The position numbers and the translations under genes are program-made. The notes under the pieces are model-generated. The model saw only the letters and a program-made list of their open reading frames with translations, was not told the DNA's origin and did no database searches. Of a stretch of DNA of 64,000 bases, positions 13,200 through 27,282 are shown one piece after another (the stretch's first letter is position 1; every line of letters begins with the position of its first letter). The stretch is from Hypanus sabinus (Eukaryota), in the NCBI RefSeq assembly GCF_030144855.1, contig NW_026780939.1:434001-498000 (forward strand), written 5' to 3'.

Positions 13200-14060
13200 T
13201 TTTCCCCTGACATGTTGATTTAGTTTACAAAAATCAGTAGAGATCTCGTGCTTATGATTTGCTGGCAGTCTCCTCGGGGCATGCCTGAGGAAATTCAAAT
13301 CCTCATTTCAACAGGGGTTCAGTGAGACCCTCTCTCACGGCTCTCCCTCTGGTCTAGCAGATTATTTCCTCTCCCACCCTTTTACTTCCACGACCAACTG
13401 GCTTCATCGATAACCTTCTAACTATCTTTCTTCTACTCCACTACCGAATCAACTTTTAATTCTGGGGTCTTCCGCCATCCTCTGCAGTCCTGTGGAAAGG
13501 TCTTGCTGCACCAAATTGACTGTTTATTCATTCTTGTTGTTACATGACTCTCGCATTTTTAAAGAAGATATTTCGCTTTCCATTTTTATTCTCCAACCAA
13601 AAATTGTATCTACTCCGCTATTCCATCATGGCTGATTTACGATCCCTCCCAACCCCATTCCCCTACCGTCCCCCGGAACCATTGACTGCCTCAATCGTGA
13701 AAAACCTTTCACATTCCACTTTAAAGCTTCCCAACAACCCCACCTCTCGTCTCTTCTGTTCAGCTCACTGACCATTATTCTCCAGCTGGACAACCCATGC
13801 CTTCTCTTTTGTCGATTGCCAACAGTCCTCAAATTCGTTCCCTTCCCACTGACACTTATCTCCTCACAGAATCTTACTGCACCCCCATCCGCTCATTCCC
13901 CTGCATTTCCCGTCACTCTGTTTGCCCTACCACCTGTCAGTTTGTAACTCATCCCCTCATTTCCTCATCCCGCTGAACCCACCCGGCCCCTTGCCGTTCC
14001 CAATCCCGATGAAGGATCTCGGTCCGAATTGTCATTTGTTCATTCCCTGATTTAGAATCC
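13200..14060 (+). mobile_element. Degenerate Penelope-like element 3' region (tentative)
   Basis: Decayed resemblance to the RT-end/GIY-YIG region; a similar 3' block occurs at 11670-11830. Confidence 0.3.
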
Positions 14061-15668
14061 AGAACATGGGACCGTACTGAACAGGGACAGAGTTTCGGCA
14101 AACAATGTCCTGCTGATCCAGCTAAATTAGTAACCAAGTGTGTAAATGATCTTGACAGCTTACATAATGAGCAAATAGTTCCATTAATGTTCCTCATCTG
14201 CACATGCCCATCTGAGCTTCTCTTAAAAATCAGTAATCATTGTCCTCTGCCACCACAATAGGAAGAGCATCCCATGTACCCACGACTCTTTGTGTGAATC
14301 TCTTGCCCTTTACACATCATTTGAAACGACTACCCGCACTACTTTAATTTTTCCCGCACTTTTTGCATGTCTCCAAATATATATTATTTTTTTTCTACAA
14401 GATCATTTATCAGCCCATGTGCATTCCTTCCAGACGGTTATGTATATACACAAACCCCAGAACAACTCCCTGTTAAACACTGCCTCATGTCTGTTCTTTG
14501 TGCGATGTGTTTAAAATGCGATTCCTGGGTCACCGCATTGAAATGTCAGAATTGCTGTTTCACACCTTCTAGCGGCATACGAATCTCCGTTTTTATTTAT
14601 TATTGTTGCCTATGAATGAATCAAACGGTAGAGTTACTGATTTACCTGTCGACGAATGGGTGATCCTGTCCAAGTCCACGAAGCTTAACATTTATCTAAT
14701 ACCTCAACTTGAGCAAACTTGGTGTTCTCTACTTTTCCTCTAGATTCCTATAACAAATCCTTTTCCCGAATACCCTGCCCTTTTGAAGCAACGTGGAGAC
14801 CGAACAGTCGTATTAATTTGATAAAGCTGTCATTTATTGGGCTAATTTTCCGACCCATCTGCACTTTCACCAAGCTTTGTCAACATCCACAACTCCATCA
14901 CGTTCTGTGTCCTCTGCAAGCGTATTTATGTGCCATTTACATTTTCATCAGAGTCAAACGCCAGAGCATAACCAACACTTGTCAAATCAAGAATGGTTGC
15001 CCTCTACCACTACCCTCTGTCCACCACCTCTGGATCAAAAATTGACTGGATGCTGTGCCCTGAGGCCTAGTGTTCTGTATCATCTTAAACGGAAAGGGTC
15101 GTTCTTGAGCATAACGGGGAATAGTCAAACGGGGAAGGAAAAGGGCCAAATTACGAGGCACCTAGTAAGGATGCGCATCGGCGTTTCTGAGAGTTCCAAT
15201 CAGTATCTCAGGTGGAATAGTCCAGTGCAAGATGCTGTTCCGGAAGGGTCAGCAGGAAAAATCTCTGACGTATCCATATCAATTCAGTGTTTATCCTGAA
15301 GACTTACTTCTGACAACATCTCACATTTCGTGCCGAATCTCATGTCAAGTCAAGGCAAGTCTCTTTTATTGTCATCTCAAACATAACTGCAGTTACAGTT
15401 CACAGCAAAAGCGAAGCAACGATGCTACAGGACCAGGATACTACAGGAAACAACACAAAACTACATTAGTCTTCAGGCCTACTCGAGACTACATAAAGTG
15501 CACAAAACAGTGCAAGAGAGTACAATAATTAATAAACAAGACAATTGGCGCAGCATAGACAAATCACAATATAATAATGAACTATGTAAATGTAAATACA
15601 AATCTAAACAATGCAAGCAATGTTTCCGCAAGAATTGAGTAGGAAATGACCAAAAATTGCAAAGGGGG

Positions 15669-15974
15669 NNNNNNNNNNNNNNNNNNNNNNNNNNNNNNNN
15701 NNNNNNNNNNNNNNNNNNNNNNNNNNNNNNNNNNNNNNNNNNNNNNNNNNNNNNNNNNNNNNNNNNNNNNNNNNNNNNNNNNNNNNNNNNNNNNNNNNNN
15801 NNNNNNNNNNNNNNNNNNNNNNNNNNNNNNNNNNNNNNNNNNNNNNNNNNNNNNNNNNNNNNNNNNNNNNNNNNNNNNNNNNNNNNNNNNNNNNNNNNNN
15901 NNNNNNNNNNNNNNNNNNNNNNNNNNNNNNNNNNNNNNNNNNNNNNNNNNNNNNNNNNNNNNNNNNNNNNNNNN
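15669..15974. other. Assembly gap (306 N)
   Basis: Run of N. Confidence 1.
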
Positions 15975-16203
15975 CAGTGATCCTTTCCGCAGCAATCACC
16001 TTCGCCAATGTTCTCAATTCCGTCCGATAGATTGGACCTCCACTACATAAAGTGTTCAAGTATTGCCTTTATTGCCCAGAAGGCATTGCGATGGCAGTTG
16101 CAGATTGAGGCGGACGAAAGACGATTGGGCGAGTGGTTTTACGAATCCGCCTTCCTGCATTATTCTCGGGGTGACCGGCGGATTCCAATGAACTCCGGAT
16201 CAA

Positions 16204-16209
16204 TTTATT
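16204..16209 (-). promoter_or_regulatory. Candidate poly(A) signal of GPCR paralog 2
   Basis: AATAAA on the minus strand at the equivalent position of the conserved 3' block. Confidence 0.4.
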
Positions 16210-16399
16210 GATTTGCAGTATGTCCACAGTAACCAGACTTCCCGAGCAGTGCAATGGCTGGGGGTCTTGGAACGAAAACCTGTCGCCAGAGGAAAGGGAT
16301 GGAGCTACATCTGACGTACCTGAACAGGCATTCGGGCCGCACGGAATACCGGCAGGGCACAAGCGTCGGATTGCGATAGTGATGTCAGAGCATTGTATG

Positions 16400-16523
16400 C
16401 AATAAACGGTAGAAAATAGAACATAGAATAGTTCAGCACATTACAGGCCCCTCGGCCCAGAATATTGTGCTGACCCTTAAACCCTGCCACCCATACAACC
16501 CACCCCACCTTAAATTCCTCCAC
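16400..16523 (-). mobile_element. Short CR1 3'-tail insertion in the 3'UTR of GPCR paralog 2
   Basis: atagaacatagaatagttcagcacattacaggccc tail motif; absent from the aligned region of paralog 1. Confidence 0.6.
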
Positions 16524-16748
16524 TTGGTAGAAACTCCCAGTTGGTGGAACTGAAGTAGTCATGAGAGGGAACTCGGGAAGAACGTAAACTGGAAGGAGCT
16601 CAGAGGAGGCAGATTGGGAACACGTCACGGATCGTTGTCTTGCATGGATTTGGGGAGGGCGAGAGCTAATCGGGGTCGTCCACAACCTGAATGGAACTGC
16701 ACATGCCATTGACGAAATGAGAAATTTTGCTGCAAAATGGGAGAGGCG

Positions 16749-17671
16749 TCAGCGGATATTACTGCGGCCCTGAGAACGCCGAATGAACTTTGCCATGAGA
16801 CTTATGGGCAATTTCACCGTTTCCTTAAACTGCACCCTGAACCTGGCCTGTACAACGGCGTAGAGGGCCGTGTTGGTGCAGCAGCTCAGCATCTGCAGCA
16901 TGTAGCCCAGTTCCTGCGGAGAATTCGAGCGTAGCACTTTAACGTAAAAAAACAGGCTATCCCATACGGAAAGCACTGTTAGCAGTGCCCACAGCAGGAT
17001 GAAATTCCCCGACATCACCAGCAGTAACAGGAGGGATTGCCTGCGGTTCTTCATCTCCGGGTCGGCGGGCTTCTCTCCATTGCGTGAACGACGGAGTCTC
17101 CTCCGGGCTCGGCTGGCCACGAAGACGTGCCTAATGGTTAAACTGTTGAGCAGGAGAATAAGGATAAAGGGTAATACTGGGGTGAGGAGGAAATGAAACA
17201 GTTTAAATGCTGTATGCAGAGTTTTGGAAAAACGATAAGAATGCATACAGAGCACGGGCGAAATTCCCATTGAATAATACCCAGCCAGCAAAAAGTACCA
17301 GAACATGTTCTTTACGCAGCTCAGCAGAGTCACTGCCCCCAGAACCAGAGCCGCCCCTCTCCCGGTGCAGTAATTTCGTTGCAGCTTCTGAAAACAAATT
17401 GCGACAAATCGATCAAAGGTGAAAGTGACGGTGAACCAGACAGAATAGTCCGTGGCGGCGTAGAACACGACGGCGTGGATATTACAAACAGGGACACGAC
17501 GCGACCAGACGAGGACATCTGCTGGAATGTAAGTCATCGGAAACTTGCTCAATACCAGATCGAATAGAACCACGAACTGATCCGCTGCTACCATGGCAAC
17601 CAGGTACCTTGTGACACCTTGGGAGAGACCGCACTTTCCCCACGAAAGGATGACAATTGTTACCATGTTAA
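16749..17671 (-). CDS. Orphan class A GPCR paralog 2, coding exon 2
   Basis: Intact 7TM frame with the same motifs (TFDRFVAIC, SCCTNTALY); acceptor tctttctgcacAG ends at 17672. Spliced CDS is 1104 nt (367 aa). Confidence 0.92.
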
Positions 17672-18439
17672 CTGTGCAGAAAGAAATAAAAACCATTAAC
17701 TTACATTTTGACGTAAACATTTCCTGAAAACTATTATTTTAATCAACAGCACTTCCGATTGTAAAGATGAACATGAAATTGGTGTACCTGCTAAGCAAAT
17801 TAACGGGAGACATTACTAAATTGGTAGTGTTTATAATGTACCTGCTGAAGTTCAGGAGAATGAGGAAATTCTCATTGAAATCTGTCGAATATTCAAATTC
17901 GTAGATACCGTCGAAATGTAGCAGTTGATACTGTCGTTGGGGAGTCTGCACCTGAAGACGGGTTCTCTCAAAATAACGACATCTCTTTAGAACAGAGACG
18001 GGGAGAATTTTTTTTTTACACAGATGCTGGTGAATGTGTAGAATTTATCGCCACAGACAGGGGCTGTTCATTGGTACCTTTTGCAGTAGAAACGCGGAGA
18101 TGGCGCCAGAATGTGATTGAGAGGGATCAGCTATGTTGGAATTACGAGTAGGCTCGGTGCTCAAATGGCTGAATTCAGCTGCCGTACGCTATGTGCTCAG
18201 CAGGGATATCAATGGACTGGAATGTATTCTGATCTTTGGCGTCAGAAGAAAGATCTGAGACCGGAAAGTGTTAAGAAAATGATGAACTGATTAATATACC
18301 ATGTATGACAGTGACAGAAATTCAAATCCCTTCAACTGTAAACACGAGAGGAATTGAGAATATAAGAGTTTTCATAAAAGAAGCAGAAATACTCCTTCTG
18401 TTCGGACTGGCATGATCTGGCAGTGAAGATGATCATGGC

Positions 18440-21110
18440 TGATCTAGAAACATAGAAATCCTACAGCACAATACAGGCCATTCGTCCCCCAAAACTATAC
18501 CGAACATGTCCTTGCCTGAGAAATTGCTAGGCATACCCATCACCCTCTATTTTGCTAAGATCCACGTACCTGTCCAAAAGTCTCCGCAGAGATCCTATCG
18601 TATCCGCCTCCACCACCGGTGCCGGCAGCCAATTCACGCTCTCACCGCTCTCTGCATAAAATAAAACCTACAGAATTCTCCTCTGTTACCTACTCCCAAG
18701 CACCCTAAGCCTGTGTCCTCTTCTGGCAACCATTTCAGCCCTTGGAAATAGCCTCTGACTATCCACAAGATCAATTCCACTCATGATCTTATACACCTTT
18801 ATCAGGTCACATCTCATCCTCCGTCGCTCCCTTGCGAGAGGGCCGAGTTCACTCAACCTGTTTTCATAAGGCATATTCTCTAATCCATGCATCATCCTTG
18901 TAAATCTCCTCTGCATACTTTCTATGGTTTCCACATCAATCCTGTAGTGAGGCGACCAGAACTGAGCACAATACTCCAAATTGGGTCTGACCAGCGTCCC
19001 ATATAGATGCAATATTTCCTCTTGGCTCCTAAATTGAATTCCACCATTGATGAAGGTCAATACACTGTATGCCTTCTTAACCACAAAGTCAAACTGCGCA
19101 GCAGCTTTGAGCGTCCTATGGACTCGGACCCCACGATCCCTCTGATCTTCAAACACCGCCAACAGTCTTACAATTAATACTATATTATATCATCATATTT
19201 GAACTACCAAAATAAGCCACTTCACACTTATCTGGTTTGAACTCTATCTGGCAATTTTCAGCCCAGTTTTGCATCTTATGAATGCCTCGTTGTAAATACT
19301 GACACACAATCTACTGCACCTGCCAATGTTGTGTCATCAACAGATTTACTAAACCATCTCTTCAGTTACTCATTCAGGTCATTTTCTCTTACTAACGGAG
19401 AGTAACGGCCGCAGACCAAGTCGATGAGGGACTCCACTGATCACCTAGATCAATGCCGAGTATGACCCGTCTACAAGCAGACTTTGGTTTATCTGGTCAA
19501 GCCAGTTCTGGATCTGCAAAGCAATGTCCCCTCAAATCTCATTCCTCCTTACATTCCCAATGAGCCTTGCATGGATTACCTTAGCAAATGCCTTGCCGAA
19601 ATCCATATGCACCTCACCTACTTGTCTCTCTTCATGAATATGTTTTGTCAAATCCTCAAAAAATTCAGTCAGCCTCATCAGGCACGAACTGCCCTTGACA
19701 AAGTCATACTGACTATTCCTAACAATATTATTCATTTCTGAGTGTTCATAAATTCTGCCTCTCAGGAACTTTCCATCAACTAATGAACCACTGAAGTACG
19801 ACTGACCATATTCTAATCGCTGCATACCCACCATTTCCTCACAGGCCTCGATTCTTCTGCCATGCAGAGACTCTGCCAGCCAGTCTTAAATATTTTTTGT
19901 ATTATTGTGGTAGCCTCCACTGTATCTTTGAGCAGAGAGTTCCACAGATTCAGCACCCATCAAAGAAGAAATTTCTCCTCATCACGATCCTCAATTTACA
20001 GCACAGAAATCTCAGGCTATGTCTGGTTGTTTTACTTTCACCTGCCAGTGGAAACCACTGTCCTGCCACAATCTAATCTATACATTCCTTAATTGTATAT
20101 GTTTCTGGTTGCTTTCCTGTCATCCTTCTGAGTTCCAGTGAGTACGATCCCAGGCGACTCAATTGCCCCTCATATTCGAACCACCTCATCTCTGGAATCA
20201 GCTCATGAAACGCCTACACATACAGTTTATCAATCCTCAGGTCTGGAGAACAGAACTGCACAGTACTCCGGATGCCGCCTCACCAGTCCTTTGTGCAGTT
20301 GCAGCATAACCTCCCTGCTCTGAAATTCAATCCCTCTGGCAAGAAAGGCGAACGTCGCTTGATAGGCTGCTGCGCCTGCAAACCAACCTCTTGAGATTCA
20401 AGCACAAGCACTCCAAAGTCCCTCCGCACAAAAGCATACTGCAATCGTTTACCACTTAAAATAATATTCTGTTCTTCTATTTGCCCTTCCCAAGTGGATG
20501 ACCTCGCATTTACCATCTTTGCACTCCATCTGCCATATGATTGTACATTCGGTGAACTTGTTAATATCCCTCTGCACTCTTTGTTTCGGCGGCAGATCAT
20601 CGCAGGGTAGATGCCCACGAAAGCTCATGCTTTTAAACTGGTGAGACGTTGGAGCAACTCATTTATTTATTTAATTCTCATAATACTCTATTTTGCCATC
20701 TCATTTGAGAAAGCAAAAGTAACCTCATCACACCTGTCTGTGTAAAACTTCACCTGCCTCTTCATAGAGCAGTCTCGCGTCCTATTAATGTCCTTCTGTA
20801 GCATCTGATTCTTCTCCACACTATCCACAACACAACCGAACTGTTTTCATTACCAATTGTACGAACCCATCGCTAAACTTTCTCATCCAGGTCATTTATA
20901 AAACTCACGAAGTGTAGGGGTGCCAGAACAGATCCCTGAGGCAAACCACTGGTCAAAGACCTCAATGCAGAATTTCCCGTCCAGAACAACATTTTGCTTT
21001 CTGTGGGCAAGCCATTTCTGCATCCACAAAGCAAAGGCCCCTTGGATCACATGCCTCCTTACTTTCACAAAAAGCCTTGCATGCTGTACCTTATCAAATA
21101 CATTCAGCAG
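18440..21110 (-). mobile_element. Stacked CR1 RT fragments in the intron of GPCR paralog 2 (shared with paralog 1 intron)
   Basis: ORF 18686-19162 (DFVVKKAYSVLTFI...LVRPNLEYCAQFWSP); same order of fragments as 2580-4870. Confidence 0.8.
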
Positions 21111-21237
21111 ATGTTTGCTGAAGCCATATTATTTGGAAAGACCTGCCGTGCAATTTGCGTGTCGTTAGAGGAGAGGTATGTTAGAGAAGCGGGCATATTT
21201 TTCAACGTAAGTCATGAGGGAGAGACGAGGTACTTAC

Positions 21238-21418
21238 CAGGAAGAGCTACAATGGCGAGTAAAGGGTAGTAAACCAGTTTGACTGCCATAAGCACAACAG
21301 TGATTCGAGAGTCCAACGTCAGCCATTCGTAATATTCAAAAAGGTACTGAATATGCGCGAAAATGTTCTTCACAATTCCTGTAGCATTGTGCGATGCAAT
21401 TCTAAGATTAGGATCCAT
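21238..21418 (-). CDS. GPCR paralog 2, coding exon 1
   Basis: MDPNLRIASHNAT...YYPLLAIVALP then G|GTAAGT donor at 21237; phase matches exon 2. Confidence 0.88.
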
Positions 21419-22129
21419 TGCTGGGATAGTCCAGATTTTCCTGTTCCCGATCCAACCTCGTCTTCTCTCTGTCTGCAACCGCTAGTCTCTGATAGCGCAG
21501 ACTGGCGGCTCTCGCTGAAACTGTCGTCGTGAGGGATTTTGTACACATTAATAGACCTGGCACGCAGCAGGCACACCTCCGCGGTGACGTCGACAATCCC
21601 CATGGGCACTCCATTCATTAGCGTCTACAGAATTGCAGGTGCAGTTAACCCTTTATTTGCAGACCGTCAGTGAAGCAACGCAAAAGCAGATTGGAAGTGT
21701 ATCTATTAATCCAACAGGACGGCTGTCGACGGATGCGTGCAGTGTCGTAAATTGAAACAAAATTGAGAAACTTATTGCAATACAGCTAGACACTGACATA
21801 TACGTAGTCTGCAATGGAAGTTGCACGCAGCAAATTATAAAACAAGAAACAATAATGATGATATAATCCAATAAAAAAAATTACATAGCCAGTTCTTAAA
21901 AATTATATTTGAATGGGTAGTTTGAACATGATATGGGAGTTAGATAATTCCAAAATTATGATTTTCAGAATAAGGAGTTTTGACCAGCGGCCTATAGGGT
22001 ATTTGGCATATTTCGGAGTCAGCGCGGGAAAAAAGGTGACAGCGATTCCTTACAGTGAAATGAAGCTTTGTCCAGCGTCGCAGAAGCGTTTGTCGTTGAT
22101 CTGTAAGACGGTGGCAGGGGCAAATTCAG

Positions 22130-22930
22130 TAGCCATCGTCTGAATGGACCGTCAAGCAGGTGATGTTCAGGCTTCTGCTCGCCGAGGCGACAGCTCAGGG
22201 AGACTTCATTCAAGGTAGGGAAAGAAAAGAAAAGTCCTAGAATAAGACTTTTTTTCTCCTTTGTTTTATATCTGATCCGATAGGATATCAGCGGCGCCAG
22301 TCAGGATATTTGAATGCTGCTCTTGCGGGATGTCGGAAGGCATAGAGAACTCCAGTAACCCTGACGAAGAACTGGAACTGGACGAAATCCATATCATTCG
22401 AGATAATGAAGTGGTGATGTAAGACATATAGACAGGCAGTTACAGGCAGGGTGAAGGACATAGGAGAGTGTGTGACTGTCATGAAGGAGAGTCTGCATCA
22501 ACTTTTTTGATACAGTCGCGGTGTCTGGTGGGGCGGGAGTATCACCTAAAAGTGTTCAGTCACAGTGGTCGGGTCTCCGGCATTTAGTTTGCCGCTGTGA
22601 CTCTGCGGAAATTGCGCGTTGAGCGTTGTCTCTGTGCGTGAGGTGGGGAGGGCGACAGATTGGAAGTCACGATATGACGATCAGATATTCGTCAGTTGTG
22701 CCGACAGGTGGACCAAGGATATCTCGGATAGAGTCTCCAGCATTATTACATGGGAGTGTGGACTGCTCGAAAGCGAGGTTAAAAGGCTGGACCTCCAGGA
22801 TTCACTGCCCCTTCTAGGTGCTTGTGAGGCTTCACCTAGAAGGAATAATGCATCCAACTATGGCAGAATCAGCAGATAACTTCTGAAGATGGCAGGACTC
22901 TGTGCAGTAGTTGAAGTACGAGGTGTAGAT
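22130..22930 (+). mobile_element. Old CR1 5' end and ORF1 esterase remnant, head-to-head with GPCR paralog 2
   Basis: Decayed P..IFECCSCG motif at 22294 and esterase-like remnant downstream. Confidence 0.65.
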
Positions 22931-22959
22931 GGTGAACAGAATGGAGCCAGGAAAGTACC

Positions 22960-23342
22960 CTGTGGAGCCCCAGTGCTGCTGACCACTCCGTCTGACACAC
23001 AGTGTTGCACGCGCACGTACTGTGGCCTGTCAGTCAGCTAATCAATAATCCCTGTCATCAGGGAAGCATCCACCTGCATCACTGTCAGCTTCTCACCCAG
23101 CGATGCAGGGCGGATGGTATTGAACGCACTGGAGAAGGCAAAGAACATAACCCTCACAGTGCTCGCCGGCTTGTCCATGTGGGCGTACCCACGATTCAGC
23201 AGGTAGTCGATGGCATCCTCAACTCCTAGTCGGGGCTGGCAGGCGAACTGGTGGGGGTCCAGGTGTGGCCTAACCATAGGCCGGAGCTGCTCTAGAACAA
23301 GTCTCTCCAGTGTCTTCATGATGTGAGAGATCAATGCCAAAG
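22960..23342 (-). mobile_element. Rex1/Babar-like LINE RT fragment
   Basis: ALISHIMKTLERLV...DPHQFA...GVEDAI...VMFFAFSSAFNTI in ORF 23038-23394. Confidence 0.8.
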
Positions 23343-25072
23343 TTGGTTTGTGGGTGGTATTCGGCAACGATGAATATTGACGGCTTTCTGGCATTGTCAG
23401 ATCCGCAGTTATTAACGAAGGCCAAAAAGCGTACTGTACACGAGATTGCTGGGAGGCTGGATTTTAAAGGAATTTCAAAGGCTGCAACGGAGTCAGTATT
23501 TCAGAAAAAAAGTCGCGTCACACTATGTAGGTTCGGGTGTTTTTGATGAAGCGGTGTTAGATATGCTTCCAATAAGTAATCTAGAGATGCAGTTACAAAT
23601 CAAACAAATAAAGTTAGAGCAAAGCAAAGCGGACTTGCAATGATGTCGGTTAGAAAATGAAAATAAAAAGAGAGAATTTAAAGCTAAAGTAGCAGAGAGA
23701 AAGAGGGTGTTGCAGCTCGCGATGGAGAACTTAAGGTCCAAGAATCAGTCCTTTGGCTCCTAGTCGAGAAGTTATATCAGCTACTTCATTTAAGGAAACA
23801 GAAGTGGATAAATATTTCCAAAATTTTGAAACTGGTGCTCTGATTTCACGGTGAACGAAAGAGAAATGGCTAGTAATGTTACAGAGTGTAATTAAGGGCA
23901 AGGCGCAGCAAGTTTCTACAGCTTTAACTGCTGAGCCAGCGCTTGATTATGATATTGTGAAGCAGCATATACTAAAGCGTATGAACTGGTTCAAGAAGTT
24001 TATAAAGAAAGATTAATAAATATGAAGAAATCGTTGGAAAATAACACGTGGAATTTGCCTGCGATAAAGTTATGTACGTTGAGAGATGGGATTCCTCTAA
24101 AAGTGCAAATGGGGACTATAATAAACTAATATAGTTGCTACTAATTGAAAAATTTAAAAGGAGTATCCCTGTTGAAGTAAGAACGTACTTAAATGAGAGG
24201 TACACTGCTACATTTCAGCAGTCTGCTAAATTAGCAGATGAGGATGTTTTAATCCAAAAGATTAAATTTCCGCAGGATAGAAATTTAAAAGGAAAATTGA
24301 CAAACAGAGTCAAGTGTTACATACCCCGCGGGTATCTGGTGACTACCTTATGACCATTACGTAATTGAGTATGTGGTGAGCTGATGTAATTGTCTTGTTA
24401 TGGTGGGGTGATGTTATTTCCCGCCAGTGTGAGGTTACATGAAGTAATTCTCCCGGCAGTGAGAGGTCATATGATAACCTGTTCCACCAGGTTTTAAAGG
24501 AGACAGCCTTGCTCCTGTGTAGGTTAGATCGTTGTCCAATTCGTCATTTCACCCGTTATGTTGCGTTTCCGTCTCAGGACGCAGTTTCGTTTTCATGAGG
24601 AGTTTTACTTTCTACTGTAAATTGTACCGGCAGTTTGTCAAATCACTGCCAGTCATGCTTGATGGATCTTCGATTCTATTTTAAAGTTTATTTATTAGAG
24701 AGTGAAGGTTTGCCGAAGTACGGTAACCCGGGTCGTCGAGGAATTCGTTACTTCAAGAATGTCTCTCCTAATTGACTGTCTAAATGACCTGGAATTTTGT
24801 CTTTATCTTTTTAAGACTGTATTCGCATTTATCGGTTTAAGAACAGTTCGATTTGCAAAGCAGTTAACTTCCGGTTAAGTTGGTCGTTTGTTTACTTTTC
24901 GTTTTTTTTTCTCTTTAAAAAGGTTTAATAAATGGTTCTCTGTTCTACATTACACAAAACATCCTGGAAGAACGCAGCAGGGCAGGTAGCATTTTTTGTG
25001 TATTGCTAGAATTTCCAGCATCTGCAGATGTCCTCGTCTATTCTGTATTCATTGTTGCCCCATCGTAACAAT

Positions 25073-25090
25073 TGCGGGCTCGTTCGTGAT
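25073..25090 (+). promoter_or_regulatory. Primer-binding site, tRNA-Pro type
   Basis: TGCGGGCTCGTTCGTGAT, 15/18 match to TGGGGGCTCGTCCGGGAT, 2 nt after the LTR end. Similar sites follow the LTR ends at 31869, 34616 and 36407. Confidence 0.75.
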
Positions 25091-27282
25091 ATGTTCCATA
25101 TTGTGCCTGAATGTTTGTTTACTTATCAGTCTGATTTGGTAAAGGGAATTACTGGATTCCTTTGTTTGACAGGTTGTGGATGGTATTCGGAAATAATAAA
25201 TACTGAGGACTTTCTTGCATCGTCAGCCCCGGAGTTATTATCGAAGGTGAAAAAGATTGATGTATCTCAGATTGTCAGCAGTTTGCAAATAAACGGTATT
25301 TCGACGGCTATACCAAAGCCTGAAATTCAGAAGAATATCTCGGAGCACTATATAGATTAGGGTGCTTTGACGTAACTGTTTTAAATAGGTTCCCTGGTAG
25401 TAAAACAGAGATCCAGTTAGACCTGTAACAGGTAGCGTTAGAATAGCTTAGAACAGAAGCTGAGTTAAAACAGAAACAATTGGAAGCTAATTTGGAATTG
25501 GTTCTGAAATGAAAATAAAAAAAGAGAATTTGAACGCGATTTCAGAATTAAGGACAGGTAATCAGTCCTCTGGCTCTAGAAAAAAACTTTTGTCGTTAGT
25601 CAGGAAATTAAATTGGATCCTCCATTTAGTGCAACAGAATTAGAGATATATTTTCAACATTTTGAAACTGTTTCTCTGATTTCAGTGTGGCAGAAGGAGA
25701 AATGGCCAGTGTTGTTCCAGAGTGTAATAAAAGGCAAGACAAAACGAGTTTATACAGCTTTAACTGCAGAGCAAGCATTTGATTATGATATTGTGAAGCA
25801 GCATATATACTGAAGTCTGTGAACTCTTTCCGAAAGCATATAGAGTAAGATTCAGAAATTTGAATCAATCCGTGCATAAAAGAAAACTTACCTGAAATTT
25901 GCTTCCGATAAAGCTGTGTGTTTCGAAAGATGGGCTTCATCTAAAATTGTAAATGAGGACTATAATAGATTGAAAAAGTGGTTTTCATAGAGAAATTTAA
26001 AAGGAACATCCCAGTTGAACTAAGGAAATACTTAAACGACAGGGACTCTGCTACATTGCAGGAGACCGCTAAATTAGCTTGTGAGAATGCTTTAATCTTG
26101 TTACATATCCCTTGGGTGCCTTGTGACCGTCTTGTGACCATGATGTAAATGAGTAGCTGTTGTGCATGATGTAATGGTCTTGTGATGGTGGCGTGATGTA
26201 ATTCCCCGCCAGTGTGAAGTCACATGATGGAGATTTACTTTGTATCTTAAGTTTCAAAGGTTTATTGCCTGAATTTCAGACACAACACTACCAGATGTAG
26301 TCCAGTCCGAGAGTGAAGAATTTACCGAATTACGGAAACCCCGAAGGATAGTGTAAAATTCTTGTTGTTGCCGTAATAGAGGGTTGATCTTATTGATTCC
26401 GCGTTCAAAGAGATAGGAACGTGCATCCGAGGAAACCTCTGCTATAAGTGCAGAAAAGATTGAGGCAGTATCATTCACCAAGGAGAAAGGTCATTTCCCT
26501 TACGCCGTATAAATTTCCTTCGTCGTAAATCCTTTGGGCAAGGCAGGTTTCGTCTGCGACCAGCAGTAACGAAACGTCGTTGAGGAATTCGTCACTTCAG
26601 GAAAGTCTCACCAAGTCGACAGTCTGAATCACAAGGACTGTTACATTTATCTTTTTAAGACTGTGTTCATGTTTATTACTTCATGAACTGATAGAGTTGC
26701 CGTAGAGCAGGTAACTTCCGGTTAAGTTAGTCGTCTGTTTACTTTTCCATTGTTGTTGAGCTGAGTTTAAATAAATGTTTCTTTTTTTTATTAAAAAAAT
26801 CTGTCTCGGTTCTATATTCATTGTTGCCGTCCCGAAACAATTATGGGCTCTCGGGATATATACCGCTTTTGTGCTTAAATGCTTGTTTACTTAGCAGACT
26901 GTTTTGGAAAAGGGAAAAACCCGATTATTTTGTTTGATTGTTTTGTGGGTGGTATTCGGCAACAATGAATGTTGACAACTTTCTCGCATCACCAGCGTTA
27001 TTAACGAAGGCGAAAAAGTGTGATGAAACTGAGATTGCTAGCAGGTTGGAAATGAAGGGTATTTCGATGGCTACAACAAAGCCTGTAATGCAGAGGAGAA
27101 TCGCAGAACACTATTTGGATTAGGGTGTTTTGATGCAGCTGTGTTAGTTAGGTTCCCTATAATAAAGCAGTGATCCAGTTACACCTGCAACAGGTAGCGT
27201 TAGAAAAGCTTAGAATAGAAGCTGAGTTACAACAAAAGCAGTTGGAGGGCAACTTGGAACTAAGACGGTCAGTAGCAGAAAA

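Noticed and set aside
15582-16059. ORFs spanning 15.6-16.0 kb
   Set aside because: Artefacts of the N gap.
12854-23004. Isolated CACAGTG heptamers at 12854, 22561 and 22998
   Set aside because: No nonamer at 12 or 23 bp; all are within transposon-derived sequence.
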